NCBI GenBank assembly: GCA_022451065.1
Contig: JAKUOU010000020.1
Coordinates: 9,349 to 73,348 of the forward strand
Source: Pedosphaera sp.
GTDB lineage: Bacteria; Verrucomicrobiota; Verrucomicrobiia; Limisphaerales; UBA1096
Direction: 5' to 3'
Length of the DNA: 64,000 nucleotides
The position numbers and the translations under genes are program-made. Position 1 is the first letter of the stretch, and each line of letters opens with the position of its first letter. Shown here one piece after another: positions 1 to 8,822 of this stretch. The notes below the pieces were generated by a model. The model did not search any database. It saw only the letters and a list, made by a program, of their open reading frames with translations, and was not told the DNA's origin.

Positions 1-155
1 CGGCCATGTGGACAAAGTCACGCTGCGCGGTTTGTGGGATCAAACTTGGTACAAAGGCTACATCCTAACTCGTGAACCCAAATTGCCCCGGCGATAATTC
101 ACACCGTGTTCCGGCTTGCACTTCCCCGCAATTCTGTTTCGGTTCCTCACGCCGG

Positions 156-1679
156 ATGAAACCGACAGTCATCATTCTTGGAATTGCTTTTGCAAGTGCG
201 CTTAGCCAGGCGCATTCTGATAGTTGGAGCCAATTCCGTGGCCCGAACGGCTCCGGAGTGGCGAAGGACAGCAGGCCGCCAATCGAACTCGGCGCAGCCC
301 AACTGGCTTGGAAGGCAACACTGCCACCCGGCCTGTCATCGCCGGCGCTATCGGATAAGCGCGTTTTTCTCACCGGCTTGGCCAAGGGCAGGCTCGTCAC
401 CATCGCAATCAACAAAGCCAACGGCAAAATCATCTGGCAAAACCAGGCACCAAAGGTAGAACTCGAAAAGGTTCACAAAGCCAGCCACCCCGCCGCACCA
501 TCAATGCTCGTCGATGATGATCGGGTGTTTACTTACTTCGGCTCATACGGACTGCTCTGCTACAACCTCGACGGTAGGGAACTTTGGAAAAAACCGATCC
601 CCACACCAAAGACACTTTACGGCATGTCCACCTCCCCGATCGTCCACGGCGAACATCTCATCATGGTTTTGGATAACGACACGAATCTCCCCGGCAGCCG
701 GTTGAGCCAGTCTAAAATCGTCGCCTACAACAAAACCAACGGCGATGTCGCCTGGGAAATTCCCCGCCCATTTCACCGCAGCGGTTGGTCCACTCCGATG
801 ATTTGGAAACATGACCGCAGCACCGAACTCGTCGTCCTAGGCAACGGCCGCGTGAGCGGTTACGACATGAAAACCGGTGTGCAGAAATGGTTTGTCCCGG
901 GCTTCTCCCGTGAAACCATTTCAACACCGGTCGCCGGCAATAACGTTCTTTACGTCTCCTCCTCGAAACTCGGCGGTGGTGCGGACATCCAGCCCGATCC
1001 GTTGCCGTTTTGGGAGGCCGTCATTCGTTTCGACAAAAATAGTGATGGCAAAATTGAACGCAAGGAAATGACCGGCCACTTCACTTTTCCAATCCGACCC
1101 GAACTTCCGCTCGGCCATCCCGGCTACGGCATCCCGTTACCGGACGACAAGCGCCGCCGTCAGGAACGGCTCGACGGGATGTTCCGCGGCACCGACCGCA
1201 ACCGAGACGGCTTTTGGAGCAGGGAGGAATTCATGTCGAATATGCGCGGCGGCCGCGGCAAGCCGTTGCTCATCGCCATACGCCCTGGAGGTCAGGGCGA
1301 CGTCACCGACACGCATCTAAAGTGGGAACTTAATCGGAGCATCCCTGAAATCCCCTCTCCGTTACTCTACAGTAATCTCATCTATATGGTTCGAAACGGC
1401 GGCCTTCTCGCAGCAGTTGATGCCACCAACGGAAAGCTGATCTACCGCGAACGCCTCAACGCGCCCGGCCAATACAGCGCCTCCCCTGTCGCCGCAAACG
1501 ATCACATTTACCTCAGCTCAAACCGGGGCGTCATCACCATTGTCAAAGTGGACAAAGAATTTAAAATCACCCATCAACACGATCTTAAAGACCCGGTGTT
1601 TGTCACACCTGCCATTGACAAAAACACCCTGTATGTTCGCACCGAAAAAGCCCTCTGGGCATTTCGAAGGAACGACTAA
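156..1679 (+). CDS. secreted PQQ-like (BamB-type) beta-propeller repeat protein with an internal EF-hand pair
   Basis: ORF 72..1679. A signal peptide (MKPTVIILGIAFASALSQA) begins at the ATG at 156. Repeated propeller-blade motifs are present (GKIIWQ, GDVAWE, GVQKWF, GKLIYR). Two Ca-binding-type loops are present (DKNSDGKIERKEM, DRNRDGFWSREEF). Confidence 0.6.
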   Translation: MKPTVIILGIAFASALSQAHSDSWSQFRGPNGSGVAKDSRPPIELGAAQLAWKATLPPGLSSPALSDKRVFLTGLAKGRLVTIAINKANGKIIWQNQAPKVELEKVHKASHPAAPSMLVDDDRVFTYFGSYGLLCYNLDGRELWKKPIPTPKTLYGMSTSPIVHGEHLIMVLDNDTNLPGSRLSQSKIVAYNKTNGDVAWEIPRPFHRSGWSTPMIWKHDRSTELVVLGNGRVSGYDMKTGVQKWFVPGFSRETISTPVAGNNVLYVSSSKLGGGADIQPDPLPFWEAVIRFDKNSDGKIERKEMTGHFTFPIRPELPLGHPGYGIPLPDDKRRRQERLDGMFRGTDRNRDGFWSREEFMSNMRGGRGKPLLIAIRPGGQGDVTDTHLKWELNRSIPEIPSPLLYSNLIYMVRNGGLLAAVDATNGKLIYRERLNAPGQYSASPVAANDHIYLSSNRGVITIVKVDKEFKITHQHDLKDPVFVTPAIDKNTLYVRTEKALWAFRRND

Positions 1680-1688
1680 ACCATTCGG

Positions 1689-3089
1689 TTATTTCGCGAT
1701 CCGCGGGACGAGCTGGTCGGGCACCGACTTGACACTGGCTTGAAGTTTTTCGCCCAGCTTGGCCAAGCGCTCAACAATCTCCGGGTGCTCGGCCGCCAAG
1801 TCGTATTTCTCTGAGGGATCTTCACCCAAGTGATACAGTTCCGGCTTGGCTAAAGGCTTGGGGTTGATGCCATTTTCCCCACGAAACTGCACCTTGTAGT
1901 TGCCGGAACGTACCGCGCTCAACTGCGCGCCGCCGAAGTAAAACATCCCCTTGCGCGGACTCTTCCCTCGCTTGAGAAGCACATCGCTCAAGTCGTAGCC
2001 GTCGATCGCTCGGTCGTCCGGCGACTTGACTCCAGCCAGACTGGCAAACGTCGGCAGCACATCAAGCGTGCTGCCCATCTCCTGCACCACGCCCGGTTTC
2101 ACGTTGCCCGGACCCCAGAAAATTGCCGGCTCACGCATGCCGCCCTCTCGAGTGCCGCCCTTGGCTCCACGCAGCAGACCGGCCGACCCGCCGTGCGTCT
2201 TGAATACCTCCCACGGACCGTTGTCCGACGTGAACAGCACGATCGTTTTCTTGTGCAGCTTTTGTTTGCGCAACGTGTTGAGCACCTGCCCTACCGACCA
2301 GTCAATCTCCTCGATCACATCGCCATAAATCCCATTCAGGCTTTTGCCTTCAAACTTCTTGGATCGGTACAGCGGGATGTGCGGCATCGAGTGCGCGAGG
2401 TATAAAAAGAATGGTTTCTCTCTGTTATCCTTTATGAATTTGACCGCCTGCTGGGTGTAACGGCGGGTGATGGTGGTTTGATTCACCGGCCGCTCGATCT
2501 CCTCGGCATTTCTAAGCAAAGGCACCTTGTAAATCGACCACGGTGATGACTTGCCAATTTCCACCCAGTTGCCCTTGATCGATGGATCACGATCCATATC
2601 GTTGGAGTAAGGGATGCCGTAGTACGAGTCGAAGCCCTGTGTGATCGGCAGGTGCCTGGGCAAATGCCCCATGTGCCACTTGCCGACCATGCCGGTTTTG
2701 TAACCGGCATCTTTCAGCACCTCGGCAACCGTGATCTCGCTTTGAGGCAGGCCACCGGCGGAATCGGGAAACAGCACCACCCGCTTACTCGATGCCATGC
2801 CAGAACGCACCGGCAACCGACCGGTCATCAAGGCTGCGCGGCTGGACGTGCAGACCGGCGCCGAGGAATAGAATTGAGTCCACTTCTGCCCCTGATGCGC
2901 CATGCGATCAAGGTTCGGCGTGTGAATGGTCGGATGACCGTTGCACGACATATCGCCGTAGCCCTGGTCATCGGTGAAAATCACAACGAAGTTCAGTTGC
3001 TCCTTGGCCAATCCCGACGAACCCAAACCAAGCGCCACGCCCAAACCAAGCGCACCCAGTTTCAAACCGTTCAAAAAAAGGGAGTTCAT
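1689..3089 (-). CDS. arylsulfatase (arylsulfatase A-like) with non-canonical CTSSR maturation motif
   Basis: ORF 1689..3164. The likely start is MNSLFLNGLKLGALGLG (signal peptide). Sulfatase metal site VVIFTDDQGYGD. The formylglycine box reads PVCTSSRAALMTGR. GKWHMGH motif present. Confidence 0.8.
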   Translation of the reverse strand: MNSLFLNGLKLGALGLGVALGLGSSGLAKEQLNFVVIFTDDQGYGDMSCNGHPTIHTPNLDRMAHQGQKWTQFYSSAPVCTSSRAALMTGRLPVRSGMASSKRVVLFPDSAGGLPQSEITVAEVLKDAGYKTGMVGKWHMGHLPRHLPITQGFDSYYGIPYSNDMDRDPSIKGNWVEIGKSSPWSIYKVPLLRNAEEIERPVNQTTITRRYTQQAVKFIKDNREKPFFLYLAHSMPHIPLYRSKKFEGKSLNGIYGDVIEEIDWSVGQVLNTLRKQKLHKKTIVLFTSDNGPWEVFKTHGGSAGLLRGAKGGTREGGMREPAIFWGPGNVKPGVVQEMGSTLDVLPTFASLAGVKSPDDRAIDGYDLSDVLLKRGKSPRKGMFYFGGAQLSAVRSGNYKVQFRGENGINPKPLAKPELYHLGEDPSEKYDLAAEHPEIVERLAKLGEKLQASVKSVPDQLVPRIAK

Positions 3090-3209
3090 GCGGAGCAACC
3101 TACCAAACGCCCTGTACCGTTGGAAGAAAAAGAAACCAGACGCTCTCATAGTCGACAGCTTCAAAAACTATCCTCGCTGAACTCAAGGTTTTGTTTCGGC
3201 GCGTCGCGC

Positions 3210-4874
3210 CTAGGAAATAGTAGCTGGCCGCTCTTGGGTTGCCCCTTGTACGCCATGACTTACTTCCTCCGGCCACAGTTCAGGGTGATCCGCGGGGTGG
3301 CAACTCAGTGACTGACCGACAGCATTAAACAGATCGCCATAATGACAGCCCAACGCTGTATGTGCGGCTGCCAGTCCCGACATTGTTGCGCCAGCGACAC
3401 CATGACCCGATGTGCTCGCTCCACACATCATCAGGCCGTTTATCGGTGTCTTTATTGGCCACGCAAACGGCCCAACATGGCTCCAGGTTTTTTCTGTCCC
3501 GTAAAGATTGCCGGAAGTCGAGGCAACATAATGGCGATTGGTCAGGGGTGTGCCAAGTTCTGCGAAAACCGTGGCGTCCCGAATCCCGGGAAGGGTCTTC
3601 TCCAACGCTTCAAACATGCGGGCAATGAGGTTTCTTTTGAATTTTTTGTATTCCTCTGACCGGTCCCCCTGGGGCGTGTTCTCCCATCGCCTGAATGCCT
3701 CCCAGGAAACAAACGAGAATGCCTCCATGGTATGGTGGCCGTGGGCGCGCTTGGATGGATCCTTTAATGTTGTGCAAGTCAGGAATGTGCCTAGCAACTC
3801 CTTCGACTCATCCAGATCCGGGTTGGCAGCAACATCGTAGTTAGCCTGGATATCGGGAGTCTTGCTCCACCAATAGTTGCCGGAATCCAAACCGGCTGCC
3901 CTGACGTCCATGTCCACTGCCAGAAAGAGTGACAAGGCAGAGGTCGACCATTTCGTGCGCCTCAAATGCCGATTAATCTTAGGATGCAGGTGTTCGGGTT
4001 CCACCAGTTTGCCGTAGGTTACAACTGGGTCTGCATTGGAAATCACTAGCGGAGCCAGAATCTGCTCACCACTCTCCAATTGCACGCCGGCCACTTTCTT
4101 TGTGCTGCCATGTCCTTCAATGAGAATTCGATTCACGCCGGTGCGGACACTAATCTCGCCGCCACATCGTCGAAGTTCCTTGATGAATGCCCTGGGCAGG
4201 GCCTTGGCGCCGCCCTTGGGATACCAGCCTCCGTCGAAGTAGTGCGACGCAACGGCAGCATGGATCGCCGTGAGTGCCCTGCGTGGCCCAACCCCGTGAT
4301 CCCCGGATTGAATCGTTAGAATTGCCCTCAACAGGGGATCCTTGGTGAACCGGTCCAGAAACCGGTCCAGAGGCAGAAGCCCTTGGAGAAAAAGATCCCT
4401 CTTCCGCCAACCGGCCTTGATAGCATCGCCGAAGGTTCTGACCTCAAAGTCATCGGAAATTTGATTCGAGATGCGAGTGCATGTCGCCAGATACCGGTCA
4501 ATGCCATCGGCCTCGCTGGGGAATCGGGACTTCAGGCGTTCCGCGTACACCTCCCGTCCCTTGGGAATGTCAAAGTACTCATCGCCAATGTGCACGTGAT
4601 CATAGCCATCAGGATTCAGCTCAAGGAAAACAAGATCGTTGGCTACGCCCAATCCCTCATAAATCTGGCGCATGTTGCCTCCGGGACCCAAATCGCCAAT
4701 GTAGTGGACACCAGGACTGAATTGGTACCCCCCCATCGGAAACGAGTGACACCATCCCCCGGGCAAATAGTGCTGCTCAAACACCATGACTCTTTTGTTC
4801 GCCCTGGCAAGAGCCACTGCCGCGGCCATCCCACCCGCCCCGGAGCCAATCACAATGACATCTGCATCCTTCAT
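3210..4874 (-). CDS. FAD-dependent oxidoreductase, phytoene desaturase (CrtI/CrtD)-like family
   Basis: N-terminal Rossmann motif DVIVIGSGAGGMAAAVALA..VMVFEQ. Length of 554 aa and overall layout are typical of the CrtI-like amine-oxidase fold. Confidence 0.6.
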   Translation of the reverse strand: MKDADVIVIGSGAGGMAAAVALARANKRVMVFEQHYLPGGWCHSFPMGGYQFSPGVHYIGDLGPGGNMRQIYEGLGVANDLVFLELNPDGYDHVHIGDEYFDIPKGREVYAERLKSRFPSEADGIDRYLATCTRISNQISDDFEVRTFGDAIKAGWRKRDLFLQGLLPLDRFLDRFTKDPLLRAILTIQSGDHGVGPRRALTAIHAAVASHYFDGGWYPKGGAKALPRAFIKELRRCGGEISVRTGVNRILIEGHGSTKKVAGVQLESGEQILAPLVISNADPVVTYGKLVEPEHLHPKINRHLRRTKWSTSALSLFLAVDMDVRAAGLDSGNYWWSKTPDIQANYDVAANPDLDESKELLGTFLTCTTLKDPSKRAHGHHTMEAFSFVSWEAFRRWENTPQGDRSEEYKKFKRNLIARMFEALEKTLPGIRDATVFAELGTPLTNRHYVASTSGNLYGTEKTWSHVGPFAWPIKTPINGLMMCGASTSGHGVAGATMSGLAAAHTALGCHYGDLFNAVGQSLSCHPADHPELWPEEVSHGVQGATQERPATIS

Positions 4875-4880
4875 TGTCTT

Positions 4881-6197
4881 TCAATGCTTGGCCAAGGTCT
4901 TGAGGTAGCGCTTGGCTTCTTTGGGATTCAGTTTCACCGGTTCAGTGAGCGTGGCTTCGCGGGGGCCGAAGGGGCATTTGGCCGGGGGAACGTCAAAAAA
5001 ATCGTTCTGTTTTTTGAGGGCGAACTGGGCGCCGGTCATGATGGCATTTTCGCCGAACCGCCGCTCAAGCACTTGCAGGGCGTGGTCGATTGCGCCCCAG
5101 CGCTCGGCGTCCGTGCTGCCCCACAGGGTCGGCTGAGTGTCGAGTCGCTGCAGATCGGAGAAGCCGAGACAGAGTTGCCGGATCGCCTTGTGAGCGCCGC
5201 GCATGGCGTCCCAGTAAAGTTGCTCCACGACCTCGTTGATGACAGAGTTGCGAAACTGCGGATGCTGGAACCGATGCCGACTGCCGGTCCGCTCAAAATC
5301 ACTGAACCGAATACTGACGAACAGTTCCCGCGCCTGCAGGCCTTCGCGGCGTAACTGGCCGGTTAACCGGGCGGCTTCGCTCAGCAAAAAAATCAGCCCG
5401 GCATCGTAGTCCGGCTCATCAACCGGCAACGTGGTACTGCTGGAGATAGTGGTGCGGTCCTTGACCTCGACCTCGACCGGCTCGGTCCATTTGCCACGGG
5501 CAAACAGCCACAACTGTTGCCCCCAGATGCCGAAGCGTTTGCGCAGCAGTATCGACGGCATACGGGCCACGTCACCGAACGTGTGCGCGCCGAGCGCAGC
5601 CAGCGCGCGTTCACGCCGCCTGCCGCAGCCGGCGAGTTCGCTCAGCGGCCGGTCGGCCAAAAACTCCCGCTCGCGTCCCGGCGATATTTCGCAGAACCCC
5701 GGCTTGGCGGCGCTGGTCGCCAACTTGGCAGCCCACATCGAGCCGCCCAAGCCGGCCGACACCGGTATCCCGACCGTTCGCTCGATCTCCTCGCGCAGCC
5801 GGTTGACGTACTCCGACGACGACGGTTTACGCCAGACGTAGCGCTCCATCGCGGTAAGATCTAAAAAACCCTCGTCGATCGACGCCGGCAGCAGCGTCGG
5901 GGTGTAGCGCTCCATCACGCGAAACATGTTGCGGGAGATACGCCGGTAATCGTCGTAGTGCGGCCTGGCCAATACACCGTGCGGACAGAGGCGCCTAGCC
6001 TCGAAACAGGCGGTGCCGGTCCTGATGCCAAAGCGCTTAGCCAAACGGTTGGCGGCAATCACGATGCCATCGCCCTTACGGCCGCCTCCAACCCACACCG
6101 GCCGGCCCGATAGCGACGCGTCCATGGCAATCTCGCAACTGGCGAAAAACGTGTCGCCATCGACGTGCAGGATGCGGAGTTGTTGAACCTCGGACAC
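4881..6197 (-). CDS. dinB: Y-family DNA polymerase IV
   Basis: ILHVDGDTFFASCE (catalytic DxD/FFASVE box), IVIAANRLAKRFGIRTG, and SIDEGFLDLT motifs. The ORF track extends to 6473, but that extension overlaps the divergent gene. I place the start at the GTG at 6195-6197, and this is uncertain. Confidence 0.7.
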   Translation of the reverse strand: MSEVQQLRILHVDGDTFFASCEIAMDASLSGRPVWVGGGRKGDGIVIAANRLAKRFGIRTGTACFEARRLCPHGVLARPHYDDYRRISRNMFRVMERYTPTLLPASIDEGFLDLTAMERYVWRKPSSSEYVNRLREEIERTVGIPVSAGLGGSMWAAKLATSAAKPGFCEISPGREREFLADRPLSELAGCGRRRERALAALGAHTFGDVARMPSILLRKRFGIWGQQLWLFARGKWTEPVEVEVKDRTTISSSTTLPVDEPDYDAGLIFLLSEAARLTGQLRREGLQARELFVSIRFSDFERTGSRHRFQHPQFRNSVINEVVEQLYWDAMRGAHKAIRQLCLGFSDLQRLDTQPTLWGSTDAERWGAIDHALQVLERRFGENAIMTGAQFALKKQNDFFDVPPAKCPFGPREATLTEPVKLNPKEAKRYLKTLAKH

Positions 6198-6327
6198 AGT
6201 GGTCTCGAGTGTCGCAACCAAACCGAGTCCGGTCAATTCGCCAGCCCCGAGCGAGACAAATTGGCGCAAAAACAGGGTTGCCTTTTGTTGAATATCGGGG
6301 CGGAATGGGCCGCTACTTTTCTTAGCT

Positions 6328-8766
6328 GTGTTTTTAAGGACCACATGGAAAATCAGCGCCTTGGGCGCGGCGCTCGCCACGGCGGGCGCGCTTGGCCAAG
6401 CGGGTGCCGCCGTAGCGGACGCCGCGGGCATTGCGTTTTTCGAGAAAAACATCCGCCCGGTGCTGGCGAACAACTGCTACCAGTGTCACTCGGCCGAAGC
6501 CCGCAATCTCAAGGGAGAGCTGTTTCTAGACTCGAAGCAGGGCATGCTCAATGGTGGCGAATCCGGCCCGGTGATCGTCCCTGGCAAACCGGCCGAGAGC
6601 CGGCTGCTGCAGGCGATCCGCCAAGTTGGCAAACTGAAAATGCCGCCCCGCGACAAGCTGTCCGGGCAGGTCGCAGCCAACTTTGCCAAGTGGATCAGGA
6701 TGGGCGCGCCTGACCCGCGAGCGGTCAACGGCGGCAATCCGGTCAAAAGTAAAATCGACCTCGAGGCCGGCCGCAAGTTTTGGTCGTTCATCCCGCCAGT
6801 CAAGCCGAACACCCCGCCGGTCAAGGACAGCGCCTGGCCAAGGGGCGAGATCGACCACTTCGTCCTGTCCAAGTTGGAGGAAAACAAGTTGTCTCCGGTG
6901 CGCGATGCCACTCGCCGCGAGCTCATCCGACGAACTTACTTTGACTTGATCGGGCTGCCTCCCTCGCCAGAACAAGTTGCTGGATTTTTGAGTGACACGT
7001 CAGCGAACGCCTTTGAGAAAGTTGTCGATGAGTTGCTGCGGTCGCCCCACTTCGGCGAACACTGGGGACGGCACTGGCTCGACGTCGCACGCTATAGCGA
7101 GTCCAACGGCATGGAACGCAACTTCACCTACCCCCATGCGTGGCGCTACCGCGACTACGTGATCAACTCGTTCAACAACGACAAGTCGTTTCGACGGTTC
7201 GTACGGGAACAGGTTGCCGGTGATCTGCTTGGTCGCGACAAACGAAAACCCACCGACGAAGAACTCATTGCGACCGGTTTCCTCGCGCTTGGCCCCAAAC
7301 CTCTCAACCAAGGCAACAAGGTACTTTTCAAACTCGACGTCATCGACGAGCAGATCGATGCGACGACACGGACATTCCTTGGCCTGACCGTCTCGTGCGC
7401 CCGCTGTCACGACCACAAGTTTGACCCCATCCCAACCAGGGACTATTACGCGATGGCCGGCATCTTTCGCAGCACCGATGCGCTCTACGGCACGATCAAT
7501 GGCAGGGGTAACCGCCAGCCGTCCGACCTGCACGCCATCGCCAGCAACGCCGCCAATCGGGCAGAAAAAGTTCGCGATCACAACGACAAGCTGCGCAAGG
7601 CCAAGCGCCGCCTCTCGGGCATGCAAAACCAGATAAAGGATTTGCGGATGCTGAAAAAGAAGGCCACCGAGGACGACAAAGCCCGCATGCGGAACCTTAG
7701 TCGTTCACTGAAGGATCTCCGCTTGAACATTAAAGACCTTGAAGAAAAAACGCCGGATGCCGATTACGCGATGGGCGTGCGCGACGGCAAAATTGGCGAC
7801 ACGCGCCTGTTGCATCGTGGCGAGATTCGAAACCAAGGCCAATCGGTGAAACGCGGCTTCCTTCAGGTGCTGGATCACGTGAAGGCCTACCCGATCGGCA
7901 GCCGATCCAGCGGCCGCCTGCAACTTGCTAGTTGGTTAACTCAACCGGACAACCCACTCACATCTCGCGTGATGGTCAACCGCATTTGGCATCACCTCTT
8001 CGGAGTGGGCATCGTGCACACGATGAACAACTTCGGCGCGACCGGCGAACACCCCACCCACCCCGAGCTGCTCGACTACTTGGCGGTGCGTTTTGTCGAA
8101 GACAACTGGTCGATGAAATCGATGATCCGCGAGATGGTGCTCAGCCGCACCTACCAACTTTCCAGCGACACGACCGAAGCCAATGCCGAAGCCGACCCGA
8201 ACAACCAATTGCTCTGGCGAATGAACCACAAGCGTCTCGGCGCGGAAGCGCTGCGTGATGCCATGTTGGCCACCAGCGGCCGACTCAACCGTCAACCGGC
8301 TGACGGGTCGGTAATCACGAAACTTGGCGACGTCAACGTTGGACGTGCTCAACGCCAATTAAATCAATTGAAACGCAATACTGGTCAGCGAAGCGTTTAC
8401 CTGCCAATCCTGCGAAATGCCTTGCCGGAGATGATGCGAATTTTCGATGTCGCCGAACCCAGTTTGATCGTTGGTAAACGAAACAAAACCACCGTGCCAA
8501 CCCAGGCGCTTTACCTAATGAACAACCAGTTTGTGATTGGGCAGTCGTTCAACATGGCCAAGCGCGTGATGAACTCGACGGAAACCAGGCGCGACGGCAT
8601 CCGACTGGCCTACGAACTGGCGTTTGCGCGTGAGGCCACCGACAACGAGATGTCGAAGGCTCGTGAGTTTCTGGACGCTGTTTCCGAGGAAAAAGATCGC
8701 CCTGGCCAATGGACAGTGCTTTGCCAGGCGCTACTGGCCAGCGCGGAGTTCCGCTATATTGACTAA
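6328..8766 (+). CDS. PSCyt1 (planctomycete cytochrome c) / DUF1549 / DUF1553 domain protein
   Basis: GTG start followed by a signal peptide. Heme-type motifs are CYQCHS and KMPP. DUF1549 core is HWGRHWLDVARYSESNG. Also has the conserved [12 protein letters not shown] box, a coiled-coil linker, and a DUF1553 C-terminus (NRIWHHLFG..G). Confidence 0.8.
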   Translation: MFLRTTWKISALGAALATAGALGQAGAAVADAAGIAFFEKNIRPVLANNCYQCHSAEARNLKGELFLDSKQGMLNGGESGPVIVPGKPAESRLLQAIRQVGKLKMPPRDKLSGQVAANFAKWIRMGAPDPRAVNGGNPVKSKIDLEAGRKFWSFIPPVKPNTPPVKDSAWPRGEIDHFVLSKLEENKLSPVRDATRRELIRRTYFDLIGLPPSPEQVAGFLSDTSANAFEKVVDELLRSPHFGEHWGRHWLDVARYSESNGMERNFTYPHAWRYRDYVINSFNNDKSFRRFVREQVAGDLLGRDKRKPTDEELIATGFLALGPKPLNQGNKVLFKLDVIDEQIDATTRTFLGLTVSCARCHDHKFDPIPTRDYYAMAGIFRSTDALYGTINGRGNRQPSDLHAIASNAANRAEKVRDHNDKLRKAKRRLSGMQNQIKDLRMLKKKATEDDKARMRNLSRSLKDLRLNIKDLEEKTPDADYAMGVRDGKIGDTRLLHRGEIRNQGQSVKRGFLQVLDHVKAYPIGSRSSGRLQLASWLTQPDNPLTSRVMVNRIWHHLFGVGIVHTMNNFGATGEHPTHPELLDYLAVRFVEDNWSMKSMIREMVLSRTYQLSSDTTEANAEADPNNQLLWRMNHKRLGAEALRDAMLATSGRLNRQPADGSVITKLGDVNVGRAQRQLNQLKRNTGQRSVYLPILRNALPEMMRIFDVAEPSLIVGKRNKTTVPTQALYLMNNQFVIGQSFNMAKRVMNSTETRRDGIRLAYELAFAREATDNEMSKAREFLDAVSEEKDRPGQWTVLCQALLASAEFRYID
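6389..6402. repeat. perfect 14-mer palindrome CGCTTGGCCAAGCG (inside a signal-peptide coding region)
   Basis: Read directly from the sequence. It is translated as ALGQA. Confidence 0.95.
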
Positions 8767-8822
8767 TTTGACCGGTTGACGATTGGCCTAGCGAAGCCTA
8801 GCGTCAGCCAAGGCAACGAGGA

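Noticed and set aside
2-97. An open frame at the extreme 5' edge (..VDKVTLRGLWDQTWYKGYILTREPKLPRR*) that could be the C-terminus of an upstream gene.
   Set aside because: Only 31 codons are visible and there is no recognisable motif. It cannot be supported from this window alone.
6198-6473. A 92-codon N-terminal extension of the dinB ORF (MFASTGRMFF...) that overlaps the divergent PSCyt/DUF1553 gene start.
   Set aside because: The extension is Ala/Pro-rich. It precedes the conserved polymerase start (..ILHVDGDTFFASCE) by far more than in known DinB proteins. It would force a 146 nt gene overlap. An in-frame GTG at 6195-6197 gives a normal-length protein. The exact start remains uncertain.
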